DNA of 64,000 nucleotides from Babesia bigemina (taxonomy: Eukaryota): contig NC_027218.1 in assembly GCF_000981445.1 (NCBI RefSeq), positions 2,852,001 through 2,916,000 of the forward strand, in the 5' to 3' direction. A program made the position numbers and the translations under genes. The notes under the pieces were generated by a model. The model saw only the letters and a list, made by a program, of their open reading frames with translations, was not told the DNA's origin and made no database searches. Below are positions 35,987 through 47,223 of this stretch, piece after piece (position 1 is the first letter of the stretch; every line of letters begins with the position of its first letter).

Positions 35987-37205
35987 ATAGCTTTAACAAT
36001 TTCTATCATCGCAAACAACGTATAGTATTGTTGATCAACAGAGCACTGCTCGTATAACGTATTATTCAATGTTCCATAATTTTGCATCAGCAAGTACCCG
36101 GCGACACTTTCATGCATCATATGCAGACGATATCGGATTCACATTGGCGAATTGAACGAGGCTACCTGCTTTACGTCTCCAGCAGACGTTTATTCATGCT
36201 TACAATTAGCTCGCACTTTGTCTTTTTATACGGTTATCCCTCTCTTCTGCCTCGCAAATTCACTCAACAGAAAACTGCCAATGTAAGTCCACTTCTCACT
36301 TTCCCTTTCCAGATCATTCAGTATCTGAGTAATACCGTTGTCATATTTCTGACAGTGCCGTCGTCATAAGCCTGCTCCTCGGCGAATCTCTGGCACGCTC
36401 TCACAGCACCATAGAGCCCATCGATTGTGTGTATCACTCGCTACAGCGAGTGGCTCTGCAGACATGCCTGGGCAGTTTTGCGAATAGTTTACATATCTGT
36501 TAAACACGTCTCTGCTATTCGAACTGCTCATAATGAGGCAAATGAACGACATGCACATAGTCGTTTGCGAGATTCGAAAATGTGACTGTGGGAGGGATGG
36601 ATACCCATGGGAATCATTGTGACCTAACATCAACTTAATGCAGTATGCGTTGAAGTGTGTTAGTTGATAAATTGGCGCGCTAAGCCGATGGTTGCTCATG
36701 TGGTTTCAATCTTATTGTTGTAAATGTTTACAGGAACAAGTTGCTGAGGGGTGTGGGCGAACTAAGCTCAGAGGGCGACAAGGGTACGGGAAATTATCAA
36801 ATTAACGTAGACACAAATTGCATATATGGCAAATCAAAACGTGGAATGGTGGAGTATGGTAAGATTATATCTGAGTTTACTTTTCTAGTGAAGGCTATGT
36901 GCTAGTTAAAAAGGTAAGGAAAACAAAAGGGCCAACCTATCACCATGACAAAAGCTTGGCGTACATGACATACGTTTCCGGCATCAAACAATGTACGCTA
37001 CTATAAACGTGGAGTGCTGAAGAGCTGCTACGCCGGCGATTTTTAGTACAACAACGCCAGTCAATCCACCTTGGTTATCATTGATTAACGCACCAATAGT
37101 GGTGATAAGGCGGTGATATAATAGCATTAGCGTGTGTTGCTACTACGTTGCCATGATGCAGATACTGTGCTGTTAAAAAGTGACAGCTGCTGCGATACTA
37201 GCACT

Positions 37206-38129
37206 CTACGCCAAGCCAGCGTATGCCCTTGGAGGGACGGCGGGGTAGCGGTCGGTGTTCATCTCCTGGGGAATTTTGTCACCTACGAGATTACTGAAAG
37301 ATCTGGCGGAGTGCCTAGGGGAGCTGGCAAATGTGGCACGTATTTTAGTCATAATCGCGTGGAACTTCTCGGGAAGCATGAACCTAAAAATAAGGAATGC
37401 TAACACAGTGATCACCAAGGGAATAGCTATGGTGCAGCAGCGTCTAAAGTTATCTTGTCCGCATAGTTTGCCGCAGTACGTGCATTTAATGACGCAATTA
37501 CCATTCACGTCTCGTACTCCACTAAGCCAGTTGCAGTTTTTGCCAGTACATGGCTTGCCTGGGTGGGGTTTTCTATCGCACGGGATTACATTTTCAGCAT
37601 CGCGATTGTATAAAGCACCGTATTTGCCGTCTTTGTCGTATATGTCGTATTTGACGTGACCTCGGCATCCAGTAGTATCTGGATATTTGTCTTTGCATCT
37701 GCCGATTACAAAGCCGTTACACTCTTTTCCAGAACAATTCTCAGGATCACACCAGCTACAGCAGCTGCAAATTACACCGTTGCAGTGTATTCCGCAGCTA
37801 CAGAAATGACATAAACATTTATTATCTTGCTTACATCTTGCATTGCATCGTGTACACGTGCCTATTCCTTTGCACGTGCCATCCCCCTTTTCATAACAAT
37901 CCGCCTCACAACCACAGCGGGGAGTACAACATTGACATTTCCCTTTCGCCTTGCATTTTACTTTGCAGCCCTCACATCCGGGCGGACAACCTGCCTTGTA
38001 TACCTTGCAAGTGCGATCACAGCAGACGCCATATTTTGCAGTATGAGTACATTCGGTTTTTCCACATCCGCACTGGTTTTTTCCACTTGCCTCCTCCGTC
38101 CTCTCCGCCATCCTCCCCGCTGACTCCAT
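37206..38129 (-). CDS. Cys/Lys-rich protein with C-terminal TM helix (paralog 3, subtype B)
   Basis: 307-aa ORF, very Cys-dense, ending KCTYCGKLC..F..CCT-TM-MLPEK plus a short tail. Confidence 0.8.
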   Translation of the reverse strand: MESAGRMAERTEEASGKNQCGCGKTECTHTAKYGVCCDRTCKVYKAGCPPGCEGCKVKCKAKGKCQCCTPRCGCEADCYEKGDGTCKGIGTCTRCNARCKQDNKCLCHFCSCGIHCNGVICSCCSWCDPENCSGKECNGFVIGRCKDKYPDTTGCRGHVKYDIYDKDGKYGALYNRDAENVIPCDRKPHPGKPCTGKNCNWLSGVRDVNGNCVIKCTYCGKLCGQDNFRRCCTIAIPLVITVLAFLIFRFMLPEKFHAIMTKIRATFASSPRHSARSFSNLVGDKIPQEMNTDRYPAVPPRAYAGLA

Positions 38130-40457
38130 TCACACGCCACCCGGGGCAACAGGTTATCTATCTTAAGGCTCTGTCATATTTTGAAAATTGGAGTCATACA
38201 GCGCTTACGTACTCACATGCGAGGCGCTGTGCATCCTGCTGCGCATGCATACTTGAACTGCAGTCCCAGAGCACTGACACCATGAGCATGGATGACCACT
38301 GTTTGCATCGGAGAGTGGCGTTGTCCAGATAATGATGACATGGACGTTGGACTCAAACACGGTAGACGCAAGATCACAATCCCATATCCATTCATGTCGC
38401 ATAACGCAACATTAAAACGGTCTGCTGTGGGACGACCATGGTATCATCTGGTAACGCTTCTGTCCGTACGGGAACATAAGCCATAAAATACCCGCTTTCA
38501 TTTACATCTGTACTCTTAAAAATTCTATGTTACCAGGGTGTTATTGCTAGACCTTTTGCAGTACTCTTAACATTGTATGGAATGATTCACGATTGTATAT
38601 CTAACTGTGCCATCAATGAATTACGCGAATCTAATGTTGCCTCTCTCTATATATACGTTTTACTCGTGTCTATCTTTTGCTTCAGCACTTTTTTGATCCA
38701 GATAAATCAACACTACTTAGTAGCTTGATTGTCTCTTCATCTCGCTGTCCTTATTTCAACTACGGCACCATCACTGATATAATTTCCCGCAGTACACATC
38801 ACATTTCTCATATACCATCAGAACGGTAGTATGACGCATCATATTCCCTATGCGTCATATGGCAGATTCGGTCTTATTAATGGCTGTCAGCTTTCACACC
38901 TCAACCTGGCACGAATCTGAGGGGTGACAGTTCATATGATATCCTATGTGAATACCTCCTCCCAATGGCAATGTTTTCATTATCATATCTGAGATTGCAA
39001 TCATTAGAGCCAATGTATGTTCCTAAATTAATGTTGATTTATTCAAATGGCATCTTCACCACGCTACCGTTGAATCGATCAGACTAAAGGCAACTTTCAC
39101 ACAATTGGCTTAAGTCTCACAATTAGGCTTCACTTCCACCTCAAAAACATTATGTGCTAACATTGAGGTGCAATTACGGTAGTAGACTGCCAAAGCAGTT
39201 ACTGTTCCCACCATAACATTGAGACTAGCAGGTGGGTGGCCTCTTGGCGTTGACTTCTACTCTGTCTGGCTGATTTCGTGTATAATTCCAAAGTTTTATG
39301 ACGGATGCCATAATAGCAGCTCTTGCAACAGTAAATCCATGTAAAATGTCATTGCAATATAAGGTTGCGTACCACCTCTTAGGTGCCGACCCGGGTTATA
39401 TCGCACTGCTCACCGTCACACGAAGCGATGCGGTATTTGTGATTCTATAGCTATACAGATTAGCACACTACTTCGGTGACGATTGAGGAGTGATGATCGC
39501 CGATTCTACATGGTTGAGAGAAAATTACTTTTCGCATTGACGCGGATACCATCAGCCGAAGCGCAATTTGATATGTTGGTTTTCGGAATGAAATAGTTGA
39601 TACCGACAACATGATTTTGGTTATTCTAGAATATAGCAAGCGATTTCTTTGTAGGAGCGTAGTGCCGATGTCACACTTATGACCATTGTACCTCAATTTA
39701 CGAAATTAGTTATAGGATTTGCAGAGCAAAGTCTGAATAACGATTAATCAACCCAATTTTTGCCCGTTATCTGTTCCCGATGGCCCTCGAGTTTTATTAC
39801 TCATATCCTCTGTTGTAATTGGTACCCCCAACACCCGTTTTTACGTTGGGCACCATTAGTCGGATAGCGAATCAGTAAAACTATATTTTACAGCTTAAAT
39901 ACTAAGAGATAAGCGTAATGCTACACCATGCGCTATAGATGGATACCGGTGTAATATTGGAACAATGCATCGTCGCTATTACCGGTTGATTTAAACTTTT
40001 AGTGGTACCACTTATCTTTGGCTAATGGAATAGACATTAGACACGGTCACACACGAATTAAACGGATATTTTTGAACAATATGAAAATATATGCGCCTAT
40101 TAGTGCGTCAATAAATACGTTAATGCCGTGTGGCACACCAATAACGCAAATGGTTGCTTTCAGACGTCGCGTCCAGAATCTGCCATTGTGATTTGTACTT
40201 CAAGGTTTATTACCTGTATAGTAGACAATCTGACATTAAATATAACGCGAAAAGCATCACTATTATAAAGTAGACACAATAGATTGGCGGGTCCGTGGTT
40301 ACCCACTGCCGTGCATCTTCGACACGGGTTCATTGGAACCCTTTCAGATTTCGTTCAATGCTGCAAATTTAATGTAGATAGAATTTGACTGCAATAACTA
40401 AGGTATTGCATAACTCAACGACTGCTACCTTCTAGGAGCGTTCACTGCCCCGCAGAC

Positions 40458-40925
40458 CTGGCTAAAACAAGTAAGACGAATCGTGAATGTGGAGTCAACT
40501 GTTGTTCTAATGGAAGTGCTCAGTGCTGCGAGTTAAAGGGTTGTAGGAAAGGAGTGTCGTGTATATGTTGTCATTGTCACTGTAATTGTGGATGTGCTAG
40601 GTGCATTTGTAAGTGCTGTCGATGGTGTAATACTGGTACCAAATGTTCTGGGAAATGTCACGGTATCGTCAAACTTAAAGAACATGATGTCTATGAACTG
40701 GACTGTAAATGCACCAACTGCAATAAACTATGCCCTCAACATAAATTTGTGCTATGCTGCACTGTTGTTGGCGCCATTGTTGGAATTTCACTAGTCATCC
40801 TCGTTGCCTGGTCTATGTTTCCAGATAAAGTTCGATATACGATTCATCATATACTAGACGCATTTGCTTACCACCCGGGTTATTACAATACACGAGCAGT
40901 GGATCTCTCAAAAGAAGCGCTTTGA
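40458..40925 (+). CDS. Cys-rich protein with C-terminal TM helix (paralog 4, subtype B); no in-frame ATG upstream of the Cys domain
   Basis: Frame is open from 40398. KCTNCNKLC..F..CCT-TM-MFPDK aligns with paralog 3. CTG GCT at 40458 sits where the other paralogs have ATG GCN. Could be a pseudogene or have an upstream exon. Confidence 0.6.
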   Translation: MAKTSKTNRECGVNCCSNGSAQCCELKGCRKGVSCICCHCHCNCGCARCICKCCRWCNTGTKCSGKCHGIVKLKEHDVYELDCKCTNCNKLCPQHKFVLCCTVVGAIVGISLVILVAWSMFPDKVRYTIHHILDAFAYHPGYYNTRAVDLSKEAL

Positions 40926-42436
40926 CAGTTACTCTGCTTTCCCGCACAAGGAGTTGCGGTGACTGCGAATGCTTCACGTAAACTTGTATATAGCAATAAC
41001 TGTAATATCAATGTATTAGATTTACCGGGCTACGGATTACGCCGATGCGTTGCACGTAGTGTACTTCGCAATTTTACCATAAGCTAATAGTCAACGTTGC
41101 CAGCTGTATAATGCTTACAACTATTTTCACTATGCCTGAATAACTTGCGAATATAGAACACCTAAAGTGCAAAAAGAGGAATTGTCCAGAAGTGACTAAT
41201 GTGCGGTTCCCACTGTTATGGGAGACCATTGCGCGTCCGGTTGAGTTCGAATACAACGGTCAAAGTTGACGTTACGATGAATTATTGGTTGCATGCCAGA
41301 TAGACAGAGAGCAGTATATTTCTCTATGCCTGCCATGGTACCATGCGACTTATGCCACTTATGGTTAAGAACCTGGACCCCTAAGCGTAGCACGAATACT
41401 GACGTCGGAATTCAGACAGACCATACACACTATTCGGGGTTTTTGTGCGAAGATATGGTTACAGTAATGCGTGTCTTTCAGGTTTTCAATGCCGTAGATA
41501 ACGCCAAACTAACAATGGTGTACCTTGGAGAAGTTACATTCCGTTGAATTCAATTTCGCCTATGCTGGCACATGGAAATGATGTGTCGAATTGGTTGCAA
41601 CTACATTTAAGGAATCGGAATTTTCATGCATACTGCCAAATTCAGGATAAGCCGACGTCGTCTGGAGCAGCCGCGGATCGACGAAGTTTTAGACGAAGCA
41701 CCTGCGGAGCAAAGCTAGAACATCACTGCACAAGTAGCAAATGAGTTCTCAAACCCCGCGTATCTCAGCGATACAAATACACACAAATTGTCTGCATGGA
41801 CACAGTGACACCGAACATGGATGTGCGCAAGATTTCGCAGCAATCGACTACCACAGCTGCGAACATAAGTATTTCGCTATAAAACAGAAGCAGCGCACAG
41901 ACACATGCTTTTGTTCTACCTTAATAATCATCCAAAACGAGAATCGCTGCGAAATCTTGAAGTTCAAAGCAATCAGGCGTATTGTGCAAGACGGCAAAAG
42001 CAGCGCACTTATCAATGACCGCGGTGTTTATGAAGAGGAGGTTCCGCGAGACACCGCGGGCTGTGTAGCGTGCTAGTTGCGACCCATCGGAATATTGTCA
42101 AACCTTTACAACTCCATACTAATAATACCAACAACTGTTGGCTCGGTATTTGGCATTTTTGTCTGAAACGTGTCTACCCGATGACTCGCGTGCAACTTAC
42201 TGCATGTTACGTTGGTGGTGCGGATCTGTCTATTATGGGATATCCAGCTCATCGTCATATACGTATTCGCTGTGCCGTAAGCATTGTATGTAACATTTAA
42301 ATGCGTTTATATTGCGCACCAACGGCATTTTTACTGATACGCTATTAAGACAGCTGTTTCTAGAGGCCCGTTTTGTAAATTAACAACAAAGTTCATACGC
42401 TTATATCATTTGCAGACTCCAACAACTCTATTCAGA

Positions 42437-43195
42437 ATGTTACTAACTTCGTTGACTGACGTTCCTCGCAACCTCAAGGAGGCCATTGATTGGTTGATGG
42501 CCATGAAGGGAGACAATGCCGAAAACGTGGATGCTATGAGTGCCGCACTTCACCGTTTTTTGATACGGTACCCTGTTGGATTTACGGAGGTGCCAGCTTT
42601 GGAGAGAGTAAAACATTTTTCTAGGTTTTTTATGAAGAAACCGGATATTGAGGATCAGCCATTCGTACAAGAACTGATTGGGAGATACTCTACACGTATG
42701 AGTAAAAATCCCAAAAGGCTCCCTACTGTCTCTATGAGCATCGAGGAGAGCGATTATAAGAACATTATAAAGGCCTGGGGTGTCAAGCCTACGGCTATTG
42801 CAAGAGGCTTACGCAAAGTTTTGGATGGCTGTGAGAAGCTGTTGGATGGCGTAAAACATCCTTCCGAATACGTGTCCGCTTACAGTTCTGAAGCTACGTG
42901 GGAGGCATCGTGCTCTGAAGACCCAGAAGCGTGCGCCGTTATCCTAGTAGGTATTGCACCAATGTTATACGTTGGCATACGTTCTTTGAAGGACGCAGCC
43001 GATGATGCAACTGGATATGTGGTATTTTCTAATGCAGAGACGCGTTTTGCTAGAATATTGGAATGTGTTGGCTACTCAGCTACGGAGAACCGCGCTAACT
43101 TGAGCGCTTCAGATGTATTTAAGGCCTTGGGCGGTATAGATGGCCGTGTAATGGATGTAATATACGACCTAGCTGGATTCTGGGCTTTCTATTGA
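42437..43195 (+). CDS. Short variant erythrocyte surface antigen family protein (ves2-like)
   Basis: N-terminal SLTDVPRNLKEAIDWL matches the VESA1 N-terminal motif (SLTxxPxNLKEAIDW); YSSEATW...CAVIL; lacks the long VESA1 body and TM domain. Confidence 0.85.
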   Translation: MLLTSLTDVPRNLKEAIDWLMAMKGDNAENVDAMSAALHRFLIRYPVGFTEVPALERVKHFSRFFMKKPDIEDQPFVQELIGRYSTRMSKNPKRLPTVSMSIEESDYKNIIKAWGVKPTAIARGLRKVLDGCEKLLDGVKHPSEYVSAYSSEATWEASCSEDPEACAVILVGIAPMLYVGIRSLKDAADDATGYVVFSNAETRFARILECVGYSATENRANLSASDVFKALGGIDGRVMDVIYDLAGFWAFY

Positions 43196-44556
43196 TTAGG
43201 AATTAAAGGAGAGATGTAGAAGCAGATCAAGAAGAAAGAATTAAGCACACAGGTTCTTAGCAGCCGTCATGAATTCTGACAAAACCTATCTCATTTTGTA
43301 AATGACGTTAGCCGCCATTCGATGTATACACCCTTACACCATTAGCAGGTGTCATCGAATAAGGGTACTAACATTTCTGATCTTCTACCTAATTTGTTTC
43401 ATGGCGCGATTTGGCGTGTTGTTGTTCTGAAGTAACATAACTCAATCTTTGCGTGTCCGATTTGTATTTAGTGCAGACTTGCAGTTTATAAATAACGTTG
43501 TACACTCGTTCTTGCCTACTCATGTGTTTGAGTGGTCTTGGCGTATATCGGTGGATCATGAGTTACACAAATGCATAGCAGCATCGAGATCGAAGCGTAT
43601 GAACGATTATACATGTTGTCATAACAACTCAAATTTTTTTCATAGGGACTTTCCTGAATATCCGTACTGTTGCTATCTCCCCCTAAAAGCCTACACTTGG
43701 GTGATATTCACTGCAGGGGGTTCAGCATTTATGAATGTTCTAATGCGCCTGCTATGTACTGTAAAGTTCGGCCAAATGACGCTTTCCAGCGCCAAAGTTG
43801 TGCACAACCAGCCCCACCAGTGGTAGACACGTGGGTAAGTGGTGGAATCGTCACTACAGTTCCACTAGCCCTCCACAATTTGTTGTTATGTTTTCTCAAT
43901 AATCACGGATGGTGACTGTTACAATATGTGCTTCATTTGCCAAAGCATGTATACGTTCAGGCTCACCCAGATATAATCCGATTAGTGACAGAACTTAGGA
44001 GGACATTGCCCTGAATCTATTCCACGTCCCTATAACGTATATACCATAGGCTAACATAGAACACGTAGAATTGTAATATCGCAGCGGCAAACTCAGACTC
44101 AACGTACTTCAGTCCGTTTCTTTCTGTCCGCATCGCCTATATTCATTATATATTTCCTATTTTAGCATTTTATACCTTGCCAATAGTAGTTGAGCTTCTA
44201 CGTTAGTTTTGTTCCTAATCCCACCATCTCATACGTTGCTACCGACAATACTTGACTTCTTTTATTCAACATGGGATCCCCGCATCCATGTAGCAGCTCC
44301 ACTTTCATGTATAAGACTCATTTAATGTATACAATTGAAGAGCTCCGCACGTGCTTGCTAATAAAGCTTTAGACATGTGAACGAAGTACCTGACATCTGG
44401 CGCCCATGTAACGCTTCGTACTCACCTCCTTGCCAGGAATAACAATACTCGTCCAATATCGAGACAGACATCCGCATACTAATACAAACATAGATACAAT
44501 CATAAACAAGTGCTAATGACTTTTAGGATTACTTAAAATGTTTGTCGCGGTGACGG

Positions 44557-46632
44557 TCAGGTCAGTGACATGAGAGTGTTCGCAAATTTTCTGAGATGCC
44601 CCGCATCCAGATCACACAGATCCTCGAACAAATGACTGAACAATTCGTCGGTGTGGTGCTTCATATACACCGGTTGCGTGAGCACGTCCAGGATGTCGGT
44701 GTTGACGTACTGGATCAGCGTGTTAATGAGAAGGCTCGAGCATCTGCGTATCTCCGAATCAGTCTCGTCCACGAGCAGCCAGGCATTTTCGTCCTCCACC
44801 ACTTCGTTGTGGACCGCCAGGCGCCTGACGACGCCGTAAATGGCCAGGGTGATGATGCTGGGTTGGAACTTGTGGAAGGTGTCGTCAACATAGGCAATGC
44901 GCGCCATGATTGCTGCAATTTTTTGGTATACGCTGTACTCGCCAGGGTTGGGGGAGCAGTGGAAGTCCGTTGTCGAAAGTATGAGATCCTGTACCATGTG
45001 GCACGGGAACGGCGTGGTGAGCTTGTACTCCAGGACGAAGTAAATATCGAACATAAACGACATGATGATGGAGAGTGCGGTCGCTCTGTTTTCGCGAATA
45101 TATCTTCCGGCGTGCCTCGTTTTTGTGAACACGTGGCAGATGGACTCCCACTTGACCAGCAGGGCCTTGACGGACGTATTTGAGAGCCCGTTGTATCTGT
45201 CGGCGATAAAGAAGCACGCCGCGGCCACGAAGTTGTATACGACATCCGCCTTCATTACCGACGCTGAACTGTACTTTTGCGTCGTTTCGTCGAACTCGCT
45301 GCCCTCTTCATAACAGGAGTCAGTGTCGAAGTTGCGGCAGCTGAAGTCGTGGAAAGTGTTGGTATGGCCATCCGGCGGCGCGCCGTCCCCGCGCCTCCTT
45401 TCAGGAGAGAAATTGAAGCACAGCTTGATGAGATTGTCGTGTTTGTACTTAGATTTGAGGTGTTTGGCAACGGCTGCGGCATCCAGGGCAGCGGCGTCGG
45501 AGGCGTTCATGCTGGAGGCCAGGGAGGGTTGCTTGGAGCCGTTTTCGCTCGACGCTAGATCTAGGTGCGCACAGGCGATTGAGAGCAACCTCGACATCGA
45601 ATGCTTGTGTTTCTCGATGTACCTATCAAGTATGTGGACTGCCAGCGGCACGATTCCCCTCTGCACTTCATTGTGTCTTGCCTCGCGGCTCGTAGATATG
45701 ATACATACAATAAGCGGAATTCTGCAATCCGCGAACTCTTCGCAGTCAGGTCCGCTGAGGTACTCCCCGTGGTGCATCGAGTCAGCCACGTGGCAGTCTG
45801 CGAAGAACCCCGACCTGGCATACCTGGTGTATATAGACCGGTCAATTCCCCAATCCTCAGCATTCCTGTAGACCTCATCCGAAGCGATTGCGTTGACTAG
45901 GTGCCACACGGGCCGCGGCTGCTCGAATCGGCAGTGGTCGGCCGTACTTATGGAGTGTTGATGTGCCGCCTTGAGCTTGTCGTCATGCAGCGGTCCGTAG
46001 AGCAGCGCCTCGAAGTCCACGCCTTCGTTGAGGTCGGCGAGCGATATCGTCGGCCTGTTGCGCAACTCAGAGGCCTCATCGACTGACAGGCCGCCATACA
46101 GCTCCCTCCTGTTGTGCGCAGTTTCTAGTGCGATGTTGTTTTCGTTGTTGGACTGCGTTGACAAAAGCTGGTACCTGGGGGTGTTGGCCCCCTTATCGGC
46201 ATATTCTTGAAACGCATGCGGGTGATTCTGGCAGTACGTGCTTCGCTGGAACTCGGCAGAGCTCCACGCGCTGATCGACCTCCTGAGGGTGAGGGGGCAG
46301 TCGCCGATGTTCCTCACCACGCCGGCATGCTCGACAGTGGGATTTCTGGTGAGCATCCGCGGCTCCCTCGGCACATCTTCGGCGACTCTGGAAGCGTGCT
46401 GGCCCCTTGTTTGTTGTTTGAATCTCATCGTGGTCCTATGGTACATACACACATCCAAGCCAGACGCTGGTGATGTCGTTCCCAGAGCCCCCTGGATGGC
46501 GTTTCTGCGGTCGTTTTCGCGCGCTTCGCGTCCCACACACTGTCTGTTTGACGCGTGGTTAGGTAGACAACGCCTGTCTACTTCCTCCGCGACTCCGCTG
46601 GCGACGTCGTGCGCCACAACGGATTCACACAC
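44557..46632 (-). CDS. Cyclin-fold protein (true start uncertain)
   Basis: LAVHILDRYI, AAACFFIADRY, LEYKLTTP and FQPSIITLA correspond to cyclin N- and C-box helices. Confidence 0.75.
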   Translation of the reverse strand: MCESVVAHDVASGVAEEVDRRCLPNHASNRQCVGREARENDRRNAIQGALGTTSPASGLDVCMYHRTTMRFKQQTRGQHASRVAEDVPREPRMLTRNPTVEHAGVVRNIGDCPLTLRRSISAWSSAEFQRSTYCQNHPHAFQEYADKGANTPRYQLLSTQSNNENNIALETAHNRRELYGGLSVDEASELRNRPTISLADLNEGVDFEALLYGPLHDDKLKAAHQHSISTADHCRFEQPRPVWHLVNAIASDEVYRNAEDWGIDRSIYTRYARSGFFADCHVADSMHHGEYLSGPDCEEFADCRIPLIVCIISTSREARHNEVQRGIVPLAVHILDRYIEKHKHSMSRLLSIACAHLDLASSENGSKQPSLASSMNASDAAALDAAAVAKHLKSKYKHDNLIKLCFNFSPERRRGDGAPPDGHTNTFHDFSCRNFDTDSCYEEGSEFDETTQKYSSASVMKADVVYNFVAAACFFIADRYNGLSNTSVKALLVKWESICHVFTKTRHAGRYIRENRATALSIIMSFMFDIYFVLEYKLTTPFPCHMVQDLILSTTDFHCSPNPGEYSVYQKIAAIMARIAYVDDTFHKFQPSIITLAIYGVVRRLAVHNEVVEDENAWLLVDETDSEIRRCSSLLINTLIQYVNTDILDVLTQPVYMKHHTDELFSHLFEDLCDLDAGHLRKFANTLMSLT

Positions 46633-47223
46633 AGCGGGGAGTGCCCTCGATGCTACGGGAATACCTAGGGTCAGTCACCCAGTATGCGTAGGACGTTTGT
46701 GGCGTTGCTTGTTGTGTGAGAGTCGTCGGCTCCGGTGGTCATCGGCGGACACCGCGTGTGGAATCATACGACAACCACATAGCACACCACGATGAGTTGT
46801 CGTGTCCAGCCCCTGTTGCGTGTCTTCTGCCGTGTGTGAATTGTGCGAATTGGCGGTACAAATACGCACTGTTTTGTGCGGTTCTGGCGCCGATACTATC
46901 TCTGGCTAGCGCGTTGACCGCGGTGTTGCCTAGCCAAAGTGCCCCCCGAGTTTTTTGTCTTCCGGTGCGCGTTTGGCCCGGTAGTTTTCGCTTTGAACTG
47001 TTCGAGTGCACTATTTTCCATTGAGCGTGCGGTTTTCGTACACATTTGCCTTCCCGAGTTGTCAGCGCTTTCTCGCTGCCCAGCCCACCAGGCCGGCGGC
47101 GACCGTCCGTTTATTCCACGCTGCAAATTTTCGCTCACGCATTGCACCACGGTCACTTAGAAAATTCCCCTGAAGGCGTTTTCAGTGGGTTTGAAGCACA
47201 GTTAATCTATTAGGGTTACTCAG

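Noticed and set aside
41074..42300. Short ORFs in island spacers (also 29160-29716, 36082-36699, 43449-43915)
   Set aside because: No motifs, paralogy or coding-like bias; consistent with chance ORFs.
46675..46677. In-frame TGA upstream of the cyclin ORF as possible selenocysteine or readthrough
   Set aside because: A branch-point/acceptor-like CTGACCCTAG follows immediately, so an intron or a downstream start is simpler. No SECIS was recognised.
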